DNA of 64,000 bases from NCBI GenBank assembly GCA_963720755.1, contig CAVRGP010000002.1:128001-192000 (forward strand). Reading direction: 5' to 3'. The position numbers and the translations under genes were made by a program. Below, piece by piece: positions 10,299 to 18,974 of this stretch. The notes below the pieces were generated by a model. That model ran no database searches. It had not been told where the DNA came from and saw only the letters and a list, made by a program, of their open reading frames with translations. Source of the DNA: an uncultured Chloroflexia bacterium (GTDB taxonomy: Bacteria; Chloroflexota; Limnocylindria; Limnocylindrales; CSP1-4). How positions within the stretch are numbered: position 1 is the first letter of the stretch; every line of letters begins with the position of its first letter.

Positions 10299-11392
10299 CG
10301 AAGCCGTAGTAGTCCTCCACCTTGGCCGTCACCCGCGGCCAGCTGAATTCCTCGGCCCGGACGCGTCCGGCGGCGCCCATCTGCGCCCGAAGGGCCGGGT
10401 CGTCGAGCAGGCGCCCGATCGCGCTGGCGAGCTCCTCGGGTTCCCGGGGCGGGACGAGCAGTCCCTCGCGGCCGCGTCGGACGACGCCCTTGTACCCGTG
10501 GATGTCCGAGGCGACGATCGGGGCGCCGGCGGCCATCGCCTCGAGCAGGACGATCCCGAACGACTCGCGACCCGTCGCCGGCGCGACGTACACGTCGGCG
10601 GTCCGGAAGAGCTGCGCCTTCTCGGCGTCGGTGACGCGTCCCAGGAACTCGACCGCCTGCAGACCGCGGGTCGCGACGTACCGGCGCGCCTCCCGCTCCT
10701 GCGGGCCGGAACCGACGACCAGGAGGCGATCGCGGTAATCCGGCCTTGCGGAGGATCCGATGTGCCTTCAGCAGGTCGAGCAGCCCTTTGCGTGGCTCGT
10801 GGCGACCGACGAACAGGACATTGGGCGTGCCGTCCTGCCAGCGGGCGACCGGCACCGCTCCCGCGAAGCGGGGGATATCGACGCCGTTGGGGATGACCTT
10901 GTAGTCGCCGGGGAAGAACCGGTCGATGAAGTGCCGCGCGGCGGCACTCACGGCGATGCGGCCGTGGAGCTTGGCCGCATGTCCCTTCATGACCCGGCTG
11001 CCCAGCTCGTAGGACGGAGAGAAGCCGGCATACGCGTGGAACGTGGCGATGTTGACACTCTTCGATTCGCGCAGCAGGAAGAGCGACAGGAAGGGGACGA
11101 ACGGTTCGTGGAGATGGAGGACATCGAAGCGTTCACGCGCGAGCAGCTCGCGGACCTGGCCGAGATACCGCGGTGAGAAGGTCAGCGTCCCGATCGAGCC
11201 ATTGAGCGGCACGCTGAAGCCCACGCCGATGCGCAGGATGTCACCCTCGGAGGCGCGTTGCGGGCCGTGGCTGGCAGTGATGATGCGGACGTCGTGGCCG
11301 GCCAGCCGGAGGTTCTCGTACAGGTGACGGACATGCTGGGCGACCCCGCCCGCCTCCGGGTAGATGTACGGACAGACCAGGCCGATCTTCAT
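10124..11392 (-). CDS. pimA: GT4 phosphatidylinositol alpha-mannosyltransferase PimA-like (two apparent single-base indels in this sequence)
   Basis: MKIGLVCPY..GGVAQHV, VPLNGS, HLHEP, ATFH, IPNGVD, GRHEPRKG. The ESFGIVLLEAMAAG motif lies in the neighbouring frame (ORF 10039..10593). Confidence 0.75.
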   Translation of the reverse strand: MKIGLVCPYIYPEAGGVAQHVRHLYENLRLAGHDVRIITASHGPQRASEGDILRIGVGFSVPLNGSIGTLTFSPRYLGQVRELLARERFDVLHLHEPFVPFLSLFLLRESKSVNIATFHAYAGFSPSYELGSRVMKGHAAKLHGRIAVSAAARHFIDRFFPGDYKVIPNGVDIPRFAGAVPVARWQDGTPNVLFVGRHEPRKGLLDLLKAHRILRKAGLPRSPPGRRFRPAGAGGAPVRRDPRSAGGRVPGTRHRRREGAALPDRRRVRRAGDGSRVVRDRPARGDGRRRPDRRLGHPRVQGRRPTRPRGTARPAPGTRGARQRDRAPARRPGPSGADGRRRTRPGRGIQLAAGDGQGGGLLRLRHPPSRGRRAAAAGLPGRRPSGVAGPGQVVRAGGRVGSVGGTDAALASASVSRQTQAE

Positions 11393-12210
11393 CGACTCGG
11401 CCCATCCCCGGGACCGGGCGCCATGAACCGGGGAGGTCGCTGACGACCGCCCGGATAGCCATGATCGCGACCGGTCCCGTCGCGTCGGATCCGCCCGATG
11501 ACCTCGTCGCGGGCGTCGCGGCTGCGTTTCCGGAGCTGCTGTCCGAACGTGCCGAGCTGGCCGACCGTGGCGTGGAACGTGCCGCCATGCTCGGTCGTGC
11601 CGGCGAGGATCGCGCGCCGAAGGTCGTCGGCGTCCTGTCCGGCGAACGTCGTCCAGCCCGTCCCGATGGCCTCGAGTGCGTGGGCATCGCTGTTGCCGAG
11701 GTGGGCGAGACCGTGATCGTCGGCGAAGCGCACGACCCGACGATGGAGTGGCCGGCCGAGGCTGGTCGGGTTGAACGTCTCGAGTCCATCGGGGTGGGCG
11801 CCCGGGTCAGGATCATCGAGGAGCCGACGAAGGGTCCAGGCCTGTGCGCACAGCGGATATGGGACGAGCGGGTGCGCCGGGATCGCCAGCCCGCCGGCAT
11901 CGTGCACGGCGAGGATCGTCGTCCGCATCGATCGGTACGGGCGGATCGGGCGGTCCAGGAAGAGCCCCAGCAGATGACCGCCAAGGGTCGTGATCTCCTC
12001 GCCGACCACGACGTCGACCCGGAGTCCACGGTCCCGGGCCATCGACCGAGCCGCGACGGCGGCATCGATCCGCTCATGGTCGGCGATCGCGATGACGTCG
12101 AGGTCGGTCTGCCCCTCGACGTGCTCGAGGATCTCCTGGATCCCGGCCGTGCCGTCGCTGGCGAGCGTATGGATGTGGAGGTCGGCCCGACCGAGGCGAT
12201 CGATGGTCAT
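11389..12210 (-). CDS. PHP-domain phosphoesterase
   Basis: DLHIHT..SDG, IADHE, GEE, GHLL, PAHP, NSDAH metal ligands. ATG 12210 overlaps the upstream stop (ATGA). Confidence 0.85.
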   Translation of the reverse strand: MTIDRLGRADLHIHTLASDGTAGIQEILEHVEGQTDLDVIAIADHERIDAAVAARSMARDRGLRVDVVVGEEITTLGGHLLGLFLDRPIRPYRSMRTTILAVHDAGGLAIPAHPLVPYPLCAQAWTLRRLLDDPDPGAHPDGLETFNPTSLGRPLHRRVVRFADDHGLAHLGNSDAHALEAIGTGWTTFAGQDADDLRRAILAGTTEHGGTFHATVGQLGTFGQQLRKRSRDARDEVIGRIRRDGTGRDHGYPGGRQRPPRFMAPGPGDGPSR

Positions 12211-13160
12211 GCCGCGACCCCTGCGTCGGCGAGGCCCGGGTCGGATCCAGCCTCGAGATCCGGCCAGATCGGGAAGAAGATGGCCCACCATTGGTCGGGC
12301 GCGTCGGCGATGAGGTCCTCGAACGCGGCCGCGAGATTGAGCATCGTCGCCATCACCCGCTCACGGCGAGTCCCGGACGTCGGCACGTCGATCGGGAGGA
12401 TCCGACCCCGGTAGGAGCCGGACCCGGCCCGTCGAACGGCCATCCCGTAGACCGGCACCCCCGCTTCGACCGCCAGGATGGCCGGACCCATCGGCAGCAT
12501 GGCCGGGGACCCGAAGAGCGCGATCGGCGTCCCGCCGCCGGTCAGGTCCCGGTCGCCGACGAGACCCACCGGGATGCCCTCGCGCAGGGCGTCGATGAGT
12601 GCCCGTCGAGCTTCCCGCAGACTGACGAGGCGGACCCCGTGCACGCCTCGGGTCCGTTCGAAGTACGCCTGGACCCCGGGATCGTCCACGGTCTCCATCG
12701 GGATCACCGTCGAGCCAACGCGAAGCGCGAAGTAGACGACCGGCAGTTCAAGCGACCCGAAGTGAAGACCGACGAACAGGACGGCCTGGCCCGGCTTGAC
12801 CGCCTCCTCGATGAGCTCAGGCGTATCCAGCTGCAGGCGTTCGTCCACGTATTCCCGCGTGATCGCCGGCGTCCGGGCGACCTCGAGGTAGTAGCGGGCA
12901 GCGTGGCGGAAGGACGATCTGACGAGCCGCTCGAGTGCCTTGGGGTCGGTCGCCGCCGCCCGGACCCGAGCACTTCCGCGACCGGAACCCGCCAGCGACC
13001 GACAGACGCGCCGAAGGTTCCGTCGTGCCTGGTCGGCGCGGCGCGGTGCCAGCCGGTACCAGACGTCACCGGCCAGATCGGCGACGCGCATCAGCGGTCG
13101 TTCGGGCAGCCGGCAGGCGAGCCACGACATGGCCAGCAGGAGGCGGCCCCGGACGGTCAC
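12207..13160 (-). CDS. PatA/LpxL-family lipid acyltransferase (copy 2)
   Basis: HFGSLE (Hx4E), LVGDRD, FG..A.LPMGPA, APDQWW. GTG 13160 is coupled to the upstream stop. Confidence 0.8.
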   Translation of the reverse strand: MTVRGRLLLAMSWLACRLPERPLMRVADLAGDVWYRLAPRRADQARRNLRRVCRSLAGSGRGSARVRAAATDPKALERLVRSSFRHAARYYLEVARTPAITREYVDERLQLDTPELIEEAVKPGQAVLFVGLHFGSLELPVVYFALRVGSTVIPMETVDDPGVQAYFERTRGVHGVRLVSLREARRALIDALREGIPVGLVGDRDLTGGGTPIALFGSPAMLPMGPAILAVEAGVPVYGMAVRRAGSGSYRGRILPIDVPTSGTRRERVMATMLNLAAAFEDLIADAPDQWWAIFFPIWPDLEAGSDPGLADAGVAA

Positions 13161-14242
13161 CCGGGTGTCGCCTCGGTCGATCCGTCGACCCCCGTGGGTG
13201 CCGTGGAGGCGGTCGCAGACGCGTCGCCGGGTGTCCGGCCCGGTCCCGGGTCGGGTACGCCCGACTGCATCATCCTGGCGCGGACTTCGAGTTCCGCCGC
13301 TTCGCCGGGGTCGTCCGGCCACATCGGCTTGAAGCTGTACCACTGATATGGGGCGACCCGGATCGCATCGGCCAGTGCATCGGCCATCGCCTGGCTGGCG
13401 CGCTGCAGCTCGGCCGGGTCGCTCGACGGCACGTCGATCGGATCGCGGAACTCGAGGGCGAACGTGCCGTCAGCCTTGCGGTGGATAGCGACCGGCAGGA
13501 TCCGCGACCCCGTCTTGGCCGCGAGTGTCGCCGGTCCAGCCGGCAGCGTCGTCCAGGCATCGAACAGGCGCACCGGGATGCCATCGCTGCGATAGCCCCA
13601 GTCGATCAGCAGACCGAGCATCTCGCGGCGTCGGAGCACCCCGAAGATCGCCCGAAGGTTGCGCCATGGAACGAGGTCGAAACCCCACGCCGCGCGTTGC
13701 CGGCGGAGCAGCTCGAACAGCTCCGGGAATGACGAGTCATCGGCCACGACACTGACCTTCAGGCCGAGTCGCGCGACCGCCGCCGCGATCGCTTCGTTGC
13801 TGCCGATATGAGCGGCCGTGAAGATGAGCCCGCCGGTATTCGATCCATCGCGGATCCGTCGCAGGTCGTCCTCCAGCCGGTCGAGGTCACCGGCCAGCCG
13901 CCCGACCTCGTCCGGCGTCAGCGATGGCAGGCGCATCAGTTCGACGAGGTACCGGCCGTATTCGCGATAGGCATGAAGCGCGAGCGCACGCACCCGACGA
14001 TCGTCGGGCGAGATCCCCAGGACGTGCCCGAAATTGTCGTTCGACCACCGTCGTCGTGCCGGCCAGGCGAGGTACGACCCCTGTGCCAGGAGCCCGACGA
14101 CGACGGCTGCGGGCCCGGCCGGCAGGACGCGCAGGAGCCACGCCGTCGCCCGATAGGCAACGACGGCCGTCCGTTCGACGATCCTCGGCCGAGCCCCGCC
14201 TCGGCGGTGTGGCGCCTCGAGCCGTTTGTCGGCGCTGGTCAC
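13157..14242 (-). CDS. PatA/LpxL-family lipid acyltransferase (copy 1)
   Basis: HIGSNE (Hx4E), [27 protein letters not shown]. Confidence 0.8.
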   Translation of the reverse strand: MTSADKRLEAPHRRGGARPRIVERTAVVAYRATAWLLRVLPAGPAAVVVGLLAQGSYLAWPARRRWSNDNFGHVLGISPDDRRVRALALHAYREYGRYLVELMRLPSLTPDEVGRLAGDLDRLEDDLRRIRDGSNTGGLIFTAAHIGSNEAIAAAVARLGLKVSVVADDSSFPELFELLRRQRAAWGFDLVPWRNLRAIFGVLRRREMLGLLIDWGYRSDGIPVRLFDAWTTLPAGPATLAAKTGSRILPVAIHRKADGTFALEFRDPIDVPSSDPAELQRASQAMADALADAIRVAPYQWYSFKPMWPDDPGEAAELEVRARMMQSGVPDPGPGRTPGDASATASTAPTGVDGSTEATPG

Positions 14243-15477
14243 TTCGCGGCGGTGGCCACCTTGGCCTTGGTGCCGGCCATCCGCTTGACGGTCTTCTTGA
14301 CCGGCGCTTCCGTGCCGACCAGGGTTTCGTTGTCATCGCCGCGGATGAACGCCTCGACCCGGTTGAACGCGATGTCGTCGTGGATCTGGTGCGGCGGGCT
14401 CTTCATGAAGTAGCTGGACGGCGCGACCAGCGTGCCGGTCAGACCGCGATCGAGTCCGAGCTTGAGGCAGCGGATCGCGTCGGTGATGACGCCGGCGCTG
14501 TTGGGGCTGTCCCAGACCTCGAGCTTGAGTTCCGCGTTGAGCGGCACGTCGCCATAGGTCGTGCCTTCCATCCGGATGTAGCACCACTTCCGATCGAGCA
14601 GCCACGGCACGTGGTCGCTCGGGCCGACGTGGACATCGTCGGGATCCATCTCGTAGTCGAGCATGGACGTGACCGCGTTCGTCTTGCTGATCTTCTTGGA
14701 CTCGAGTCGTTCCCGCTCGAGCATGTTGAGGAAGTCCGTGTTGCCACCGAAGTTGAGCTGGTACGTCCGATCGAGCCGGACGCCACGGTCCATGAACAGG
14801 CGGGTCAGCACGCGATGGCTGATCGTCGCGCCGACCTGGCTCTTGATATCGTCGCCGATGACCGGCAGCCCGGCCGCTGCGAATCGGCGCTGCCAGTAGG
14901 GCTCGCGGCCGATGAACACCGGGATGGCGTTGACGAAGGCGACGCCCGCCTCGAGGGCCTGCTCGACGTACCACTTGGTGGCCTGCTCGCTCCCGACCGG
15001 GAGGTAGCTGACCATGACGTCGACCTGGCGCTCCTTGAGGATGCCGACGATGTCGGCCGTGGGGCCGGGCGCCTTCTCGATGACCTGGCTGAGGTACTTG
15101 CCGAGGCCGTCGTGGGTCATCCCGCGCTCGACCGGCACGCCCATGGGCTGGACCTGCTGGAAGACGTACGTGTTGTTCGGCTTCGTGTAGATCGCCTCGG
15201 ACAGGTCCTTGCCGACCTTGTTCTTGTCGATGTCGAATGCCGCGACGAACTCGATGTCCTTGACGTGGTAGCCGCCGAGGTCGACGTGCATCAGCCCGGG
15301 GACGAAGTCGTCCTTCTTGGCGTTCTCGTAGTAGTAGCGGCCCTGGACCAGGCTGCTGGCGCAGTTGCCGACCCCGACGATGGCGACCCGGATCTTGCCG
15401 TCGCCGCGCCGGCCCGCGCCGGCCCAGGTGTTGGTCGGCTTGGCGCCGTCCTTGCCGTTCTTGCCGTTGGTGCTCAC
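14239..15477 (-). CDS. ino1: myo-inositol-1-phosphate synthase
   Basis: [49 protein letters not shown]. Confidence 0.97.
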   Translation of the reverse strand: MSTNGKNGKDGAKPTNTWAGAGRRGDGKIRVAIVGVGNCASSLVQGRYYYENAKKDDFVPGLMHVDLGGYHVKDIEFVAAFDIDKNKVGKDLSEAIYTKPNNTYVFQQVQPMGVPVERGMTHDGLGKYLSQVIEKAPGPTADIVGILKERQVDVMVSYLPVGSEQATKWYVEQALEAGVAFVNAIPVFIGREPYWQRRFAAAGLPVIGDDIKSQVGATISHRVLTRLFMDRGVRLDRTYQLNFGGNTDFLNMLERERLESKKISKTNAVTSMLDYEMDPDDVHVGPSDHVPWLLDRKWCYIRMEGTTYGDVPLNAELKLEVWDSPNSAGVITDAIRCLKLGLDRGLTGTLVAPSSYFMKSPPHQIHDDIAFNRVEAFIRGDDNETLVGTEAPVKKTVKRMAGTKAKVATAAK

Positions 15478-15492
15478 GATGGTCCGTTCTCC

Positions 15493-16185
15493 TTACTTGG
15501 ACGGGATGTGGGAGGCCGACTTGGCCTGGCTGCGGACGTGGAGGATCCGCTGGATGACGGTGATGATGGAACCGATGGTGATGATGCCCAGGGCGAGGAA
15601 CAGGGCATCCACGCCGAGCGGGGTGGCGAGACCGCCAGCACCTGCCCCATCGGGGATATCCCAGCTGGCGCCGAGGATCCCGGCGAGGACGAGGCCGAGA
15701 CTGAGGATGATCAGGCGCACTTCCCGTGGCATGACGCCGACGGCCGCCATCCCGGTCCCGGCCGTGAAGCCGAGCCCGTCGGACTTGGCCCGTGTATAGC
15801 TGACCATGACGGCCGATCCCATGGCCGCAGCGGCCCATAGCGTGCCGTCGGCGACGCCGACCGCCTGCAGTCCGGCGACGATCCCGATGTAGACGACCAC
15901 TTCACCGGCCCGATCGAACACGCTGTCCATGAACGCGCCGAGGTTGCTGACCTTGCCGGTCGCCCGGGCCAGCGTGCCATCGAACATGTCGAAGACGCCG
16001 CCGAGGAACACGACGAGGCCGCCGAGGAGCCAGAGCTGCGCGGCGACGAGGACCGCACCGACGACCGTGATCCCGAAGCCGATGAGCGTCAGCCCGTCCG
16101 GCGTCAGGCCGAGGCGGCCCATCCCGAGCGCGATCGGCTCGAAGACCTTCTTGATCCGGCCACGGGACTCGTTGGAGATCGTCAT
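15493..16185 (-). CDS. pgsA: CDP-alcohol phosphatidyltransferase (phosphatidylinositol-phosphate synthase-like)
   Basis: CDP-AP motif DMFDGTLAR...GAFMDSVFD, plus VSYTRAK. Adjacent to ino1. Confidence 0.85.
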   Translation of the reverse strand: MTISNESRGRIKKVFEPIALGMGRLGLTPDGLTLIGFGITVVGAVLVAAQLWLLGGLVVFLGGVFDMFDGTLARATGKVSNLGAFMDSVFDRAGEVVVYIGIVAGLQAVGVADGTLWAAAAMGSAVMVSYTRAKSDGLGFTAGTGMAAVGVMPREVRLIILSLGLVLAGILGASWDIPDGAGAGGLATPLGVDALFLALGIITIGSIITVIQRILHVRSQAKSASHIPSK

Positions 16186-16197
16186 CCTGTCGGGCGC

Positions 16198-16533
16198 CTA
16201 GCTCGCGAAGCCGAGGACGGCGCGCTCGCGCGCGGCGAACTCCACGAACGCCTCTTCCCGGAGGCGACAGACGGTCTCACGACCCTTGCGACGGGTCTCG
16301 ACGACGCCCGCGGCGCGCAGGCGGCCGAGGTGCCACGAGACGAGTGGCTGGCTGAGTCCGACGTGGGCGATGAGTTCCGCGACGGTGGCATCGCTCTCTG
16401 CGAGGCGGCGGACGATCCGCAGCCGGTTCACGTCGGCCATGACCTTATGGAAGGCGCGCAGCTGGCGGAGGTCTTCGGGCTGGGCGACGGCCGCGGCGAT
16501 CGTGCTGCGGACTCGGACGGGCGAGGGGGACAC
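16198..16533 (-). CDS. ArsR/SmtB family transcriptional regulator
   Basis: ADVNRLRIV...LSQPLVSWHLGRLRAAGVVETRRKGRE winged HTH. GTG 16533 is preceded by GGAG. Confidence 0.88.
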   Translation of the reverse strand: MSPSPVRVRSTIAAAVAQPEDLRQLRAFHKVMADVNRLRIVRRLAESDATVAELIAHVGLSQPLVSWHLGRLRAAGVVETRRKGRETVCRLREEAFVEFAARERAVLGFAS

Positions 16534-16588
16534 GGTGACGGCTCCGGATCGGTGACGAGTCGAGATCGAGGTGGGGGATCGCGGTCGC

Positions 16589-16648
16589 ATCAACCACGAT
16601 TTATATCAATCGCCGTTGATGCTAGGACGTCGGCCTGTCCGGTGTCAA
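16589..16648 (-). promoter_or_regulatory. Sigma70-type promoter (TTGACA-N18-TAGCAT) with tandem ArsR-type boxes ATCAA-N6-TTGAT
   Basis: -35 at 16648-16643 and -10 at 16624-16619 on the minus strand. Perfect box 16605-16620; degenerate box ATCAA-N6-TTTAT 16589-16604. Confidence 0.7.
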
Positions 16649-16667
16649 GGGGTTCGCAGCGCGAGTG

Positions 16668-17195
16668 CTATAGCGCGGCAGCCGCGTCCTGTGGGTCAGT
16701 CGCGCGGGTGGACATCGCCAGCGCGATGGCGGCCGCCGCAAGCCAGGTGACAAACATGATGACGCCGCCTCCGACCACGAAGAGGATGACTCCAGCAATC
16801 GTCCCAGCCGGCACGAGAGCGAGAAGGCGGTAAAGACCACGACCCGTCCAGGCGATCAGGAGGCTCAGGATGACCAGTGCAACCAAGTTGATCATCTCGC
16901 CGAGGATGAAGACGAAGAAGACCCACTCGATACGCAGTCCGTCCTCGAAGACGTTGGCGACGCTCGAAAGAGCGACACCAGAACCTGCGACGAGCGACAG
17001 TCGGGTCACCCAGCGCCCGCCCACCATTCGGCCGAACACAGGGAGTGCGACCGCGAGCGTTAGCAACGCTCCGCTGAATCCGAGCACATGCGGCCATTCG
17101 CCCTGACTCGCAGTCGCCTCGAACGAGGGGTTCGCCACGACCCAATAGGCGAGGAAGGCGAACCCCGTGAGGGCAAAGAGCGCAGCACGTGCCAT
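16668..17195 (-). CDS. Hypothetical integral membrane protein (about 5-6 TM)
   Basis: Hydrophobic 175-aa C-terminal part of ORF 16668..17804, starting MARAALFALT. More A/T-ending codons than its neighbours. Confidence 0.65.
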   Translation of the reverse strand: MARAALFALTGFAFLAYWVVANPSFEATASQGEWPHVLGFSGALLTLAVALPVFGRMVGGRWVTRLSLVAGSGVALSSVANVFEDGLRIEWVFFVFILGEMINLVALVILSLLIAWTGRGLYRLLALVPAGTIAGVILFVVGGGVIMFVTWLAAAAIALAMSTRATDPQDAAAAL

Positions 17196-17300
17196 AAGCA
17201 CGGAGTATGGGATGACGCCCGCCGGGATGTGCGACGTCCAGGACATGAAGCGGTCTGGGTCGCCCCCGGGCGCTTCGTCGACGACCACTACACTCCGTGG

Positions 17301-18974
17301 ATGGATCGACGGTCGGCAGTCGTGCTCCTCGCCGTCATCGGGCTCGGCGTCTTCCTGGCCGGTCTCGAGCTCATGGTCACCGCGGTGGCCCTGCCGTCGA
17401 TCCTGGCGGACCTGGCGGACCCGACTGGTGGCACGGCCTGGGCGGAGTTGCGCAAGGCAAGCTGGATCATCAACGGCTACCTGCTCGTCTACATCCTGAC
17501 GATGCCGATGGCCGGCCGACTGGCCGACCTGTGGGGCGCTCGCCGCCTGTTCATGGGCGCACTGGCGGTGTTCACGGTCGGATCGGTCCTCGCGGGCGCG
17601 TCGCAGACGCTCGACCAGCTGATCGCTGCGCGGCTCGTCCAGGCCATCGGTGGCGGCGTTCTCGTGCCGGTCGGCACGGCCGCCGCCGCGGCCTTGTTCG
17701 ACGGCGCGGCCCGCCCGAGGGCGCTCGGCGTGGTCGGTGCCCTGACGTTCCTCGGCATGGCGGCCGGTCCGGTCGTCGGCGCCGCGATCCTCGCTTCCGT
17801 GCACCCGTCAGCGGCGGTCGCGTCGATGGGTCTGACCGGGACGGCGATGGCCGATCTCATGGAGCCAGCCTGGCGCTGGGTCTTCTATCTCAACGTCCCG
17901 ATCGGGATCATCGCCATCGTCCTTGCCTGGGCGGCTCCGCCGGACTGGCGGATGCCCCGTCGCGAGGGACGGGTCGACCTCCCCGGCGCCATCCTGTTCG
18001 GGCTCGCGCTGCTTGCCGGCCTGCTCGGCCTGACGCTATTGGGCACGACCCAGATCGCCGAAACCGGGATCCCGCCGACGACCGTGATGGTCGTCCTGTT
18101 CGCGGTCGCGGCGACGGCGTCGGTCGTGGCCGTGCTGCGCGGACTCCGGATCGCGGACCCATTCCTCGACCCGCGCCTGTTCCGGAGCGTGCCGTTCAGT
18201 TCGTCTGCCCTCGTGTCGCTGATGACCGGCTACGCGTTCGCCACCGCGATCATCGGCGGCGCCGTGTTCGTCGATCGCGTCCTGTACGGAGGCCCCGATG
18301 ACCAACGGCTGGCGCTCGGGTCACTCGCGGCCGCGACGGCGATCGGCGCGCTCGTCTCCGGCTTCCTGGTCAGGATCGTATCGCTCCGGATCGTCGCCAC
18401 GGTCGGGATCGGGCTCGGCGTGATCGGCCTCGTCGCGATGTCGACATGGACGGCCGATACCGAGCTCCGGACGGTGTCGCTCGCGCTCGGCGTCTTCGGT
18501 CTGGGGTTCGGGTTGACCGTGACGCCACGTTCGACCGCCGCAGTCGAGGCGGCCGGGCGGCGGGCGTTCGGGACAGCTTCGGCCGTGGTCACGGTGGCCC
18601 GGATGCTGGGCATGGCCGTGGGGCTGGCGATCCTGACCGCCTACGGGTCCACGACGATCGATCGCCTCTACGAACAGGTCTACGCGACGCCGGACGCCTA
18701 CCTCCAGTACATCCCGGAGAGCCTCCACGACCGGCCCTTGCGCGACCCGCTCGTCGTCGGAGCGCTCGAGTCGTGGGCGTCGCGTGAGGCGGCATCGATC
18801 ATGGTCGGGCTCTTCCTGATCGCCGCTGCGGTCATGGCCGTCGCGCTCGTCCCGGCGCTGGCCCTCGGAGGGGCGGGTGCTCGGCGAGCGCGTATGCTGG
18901 GCGCTGCTCCGACCCCACCCGAAGGACCGCCGCCCGATGGCCTCGACCCGCCCGAACCCGGCCTCGCGCTCTGA
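17301..18974 (+). CDS. MFS transporter, DHA2/EmrB-like 14-TM family
   Basis: WIINGYLL, GRLADLWGARR (motif A), ARLVQAIGGG, GPVVG, WRWVFYLNVPIG. Confidence 0.9.
   Translation: MDRRSAVVLLAVIGLGVFLAGLELMVTAVALPSILADLADPTGGTAWAELRKASWIINGYLLVYILTMPMAGRLADLWGARRLFMGALAVFTVGSVLAGASQTLDQLIAARLVQAIGGGVLVPVGTAAAAALFDGAARPRALGVVGALTFLGMAAGPVVGAAILASVHPSAAVASMGLTGTAMADLMEPAWRWVFYLNVPIGIIAIVLAWAAPPDWRMPRREGRVDLPGAILFGLALLAGLLGLTLLGTTQIAETGIPPTTVMVVLFAVAATASVVAVLRGLRIADPFLDPRLFRSVPFSSSALVSLMTGYAFATAIIGGAVFVDRVLYGGPDDQRLALGSLAAATAIGALVSGFLVRIVSLRIVATVGIGLGVIGLVAMSTWTADTELRTVSLALGVFGLGFGLTVTPRSTAAVEAAGRRAFGTASAVVTVARMLGMAVGLAILTAYGSTTIDRLYEQVYATPDAYLQYIPESLHDRPLRDPLVVGALESWASREAASIMVGLFLIAAAVMAVALVPALALGGAGARRARMLGAAPTPPEGPPPDGLDPPEPGLAL

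Noticed and set aside
10720-10745. Programmed ribosomal frameshift in pimA
   Set aside because: No slippery heptamer or homopolymer run at the site, and a second compensating indel nearby points to sequence error.
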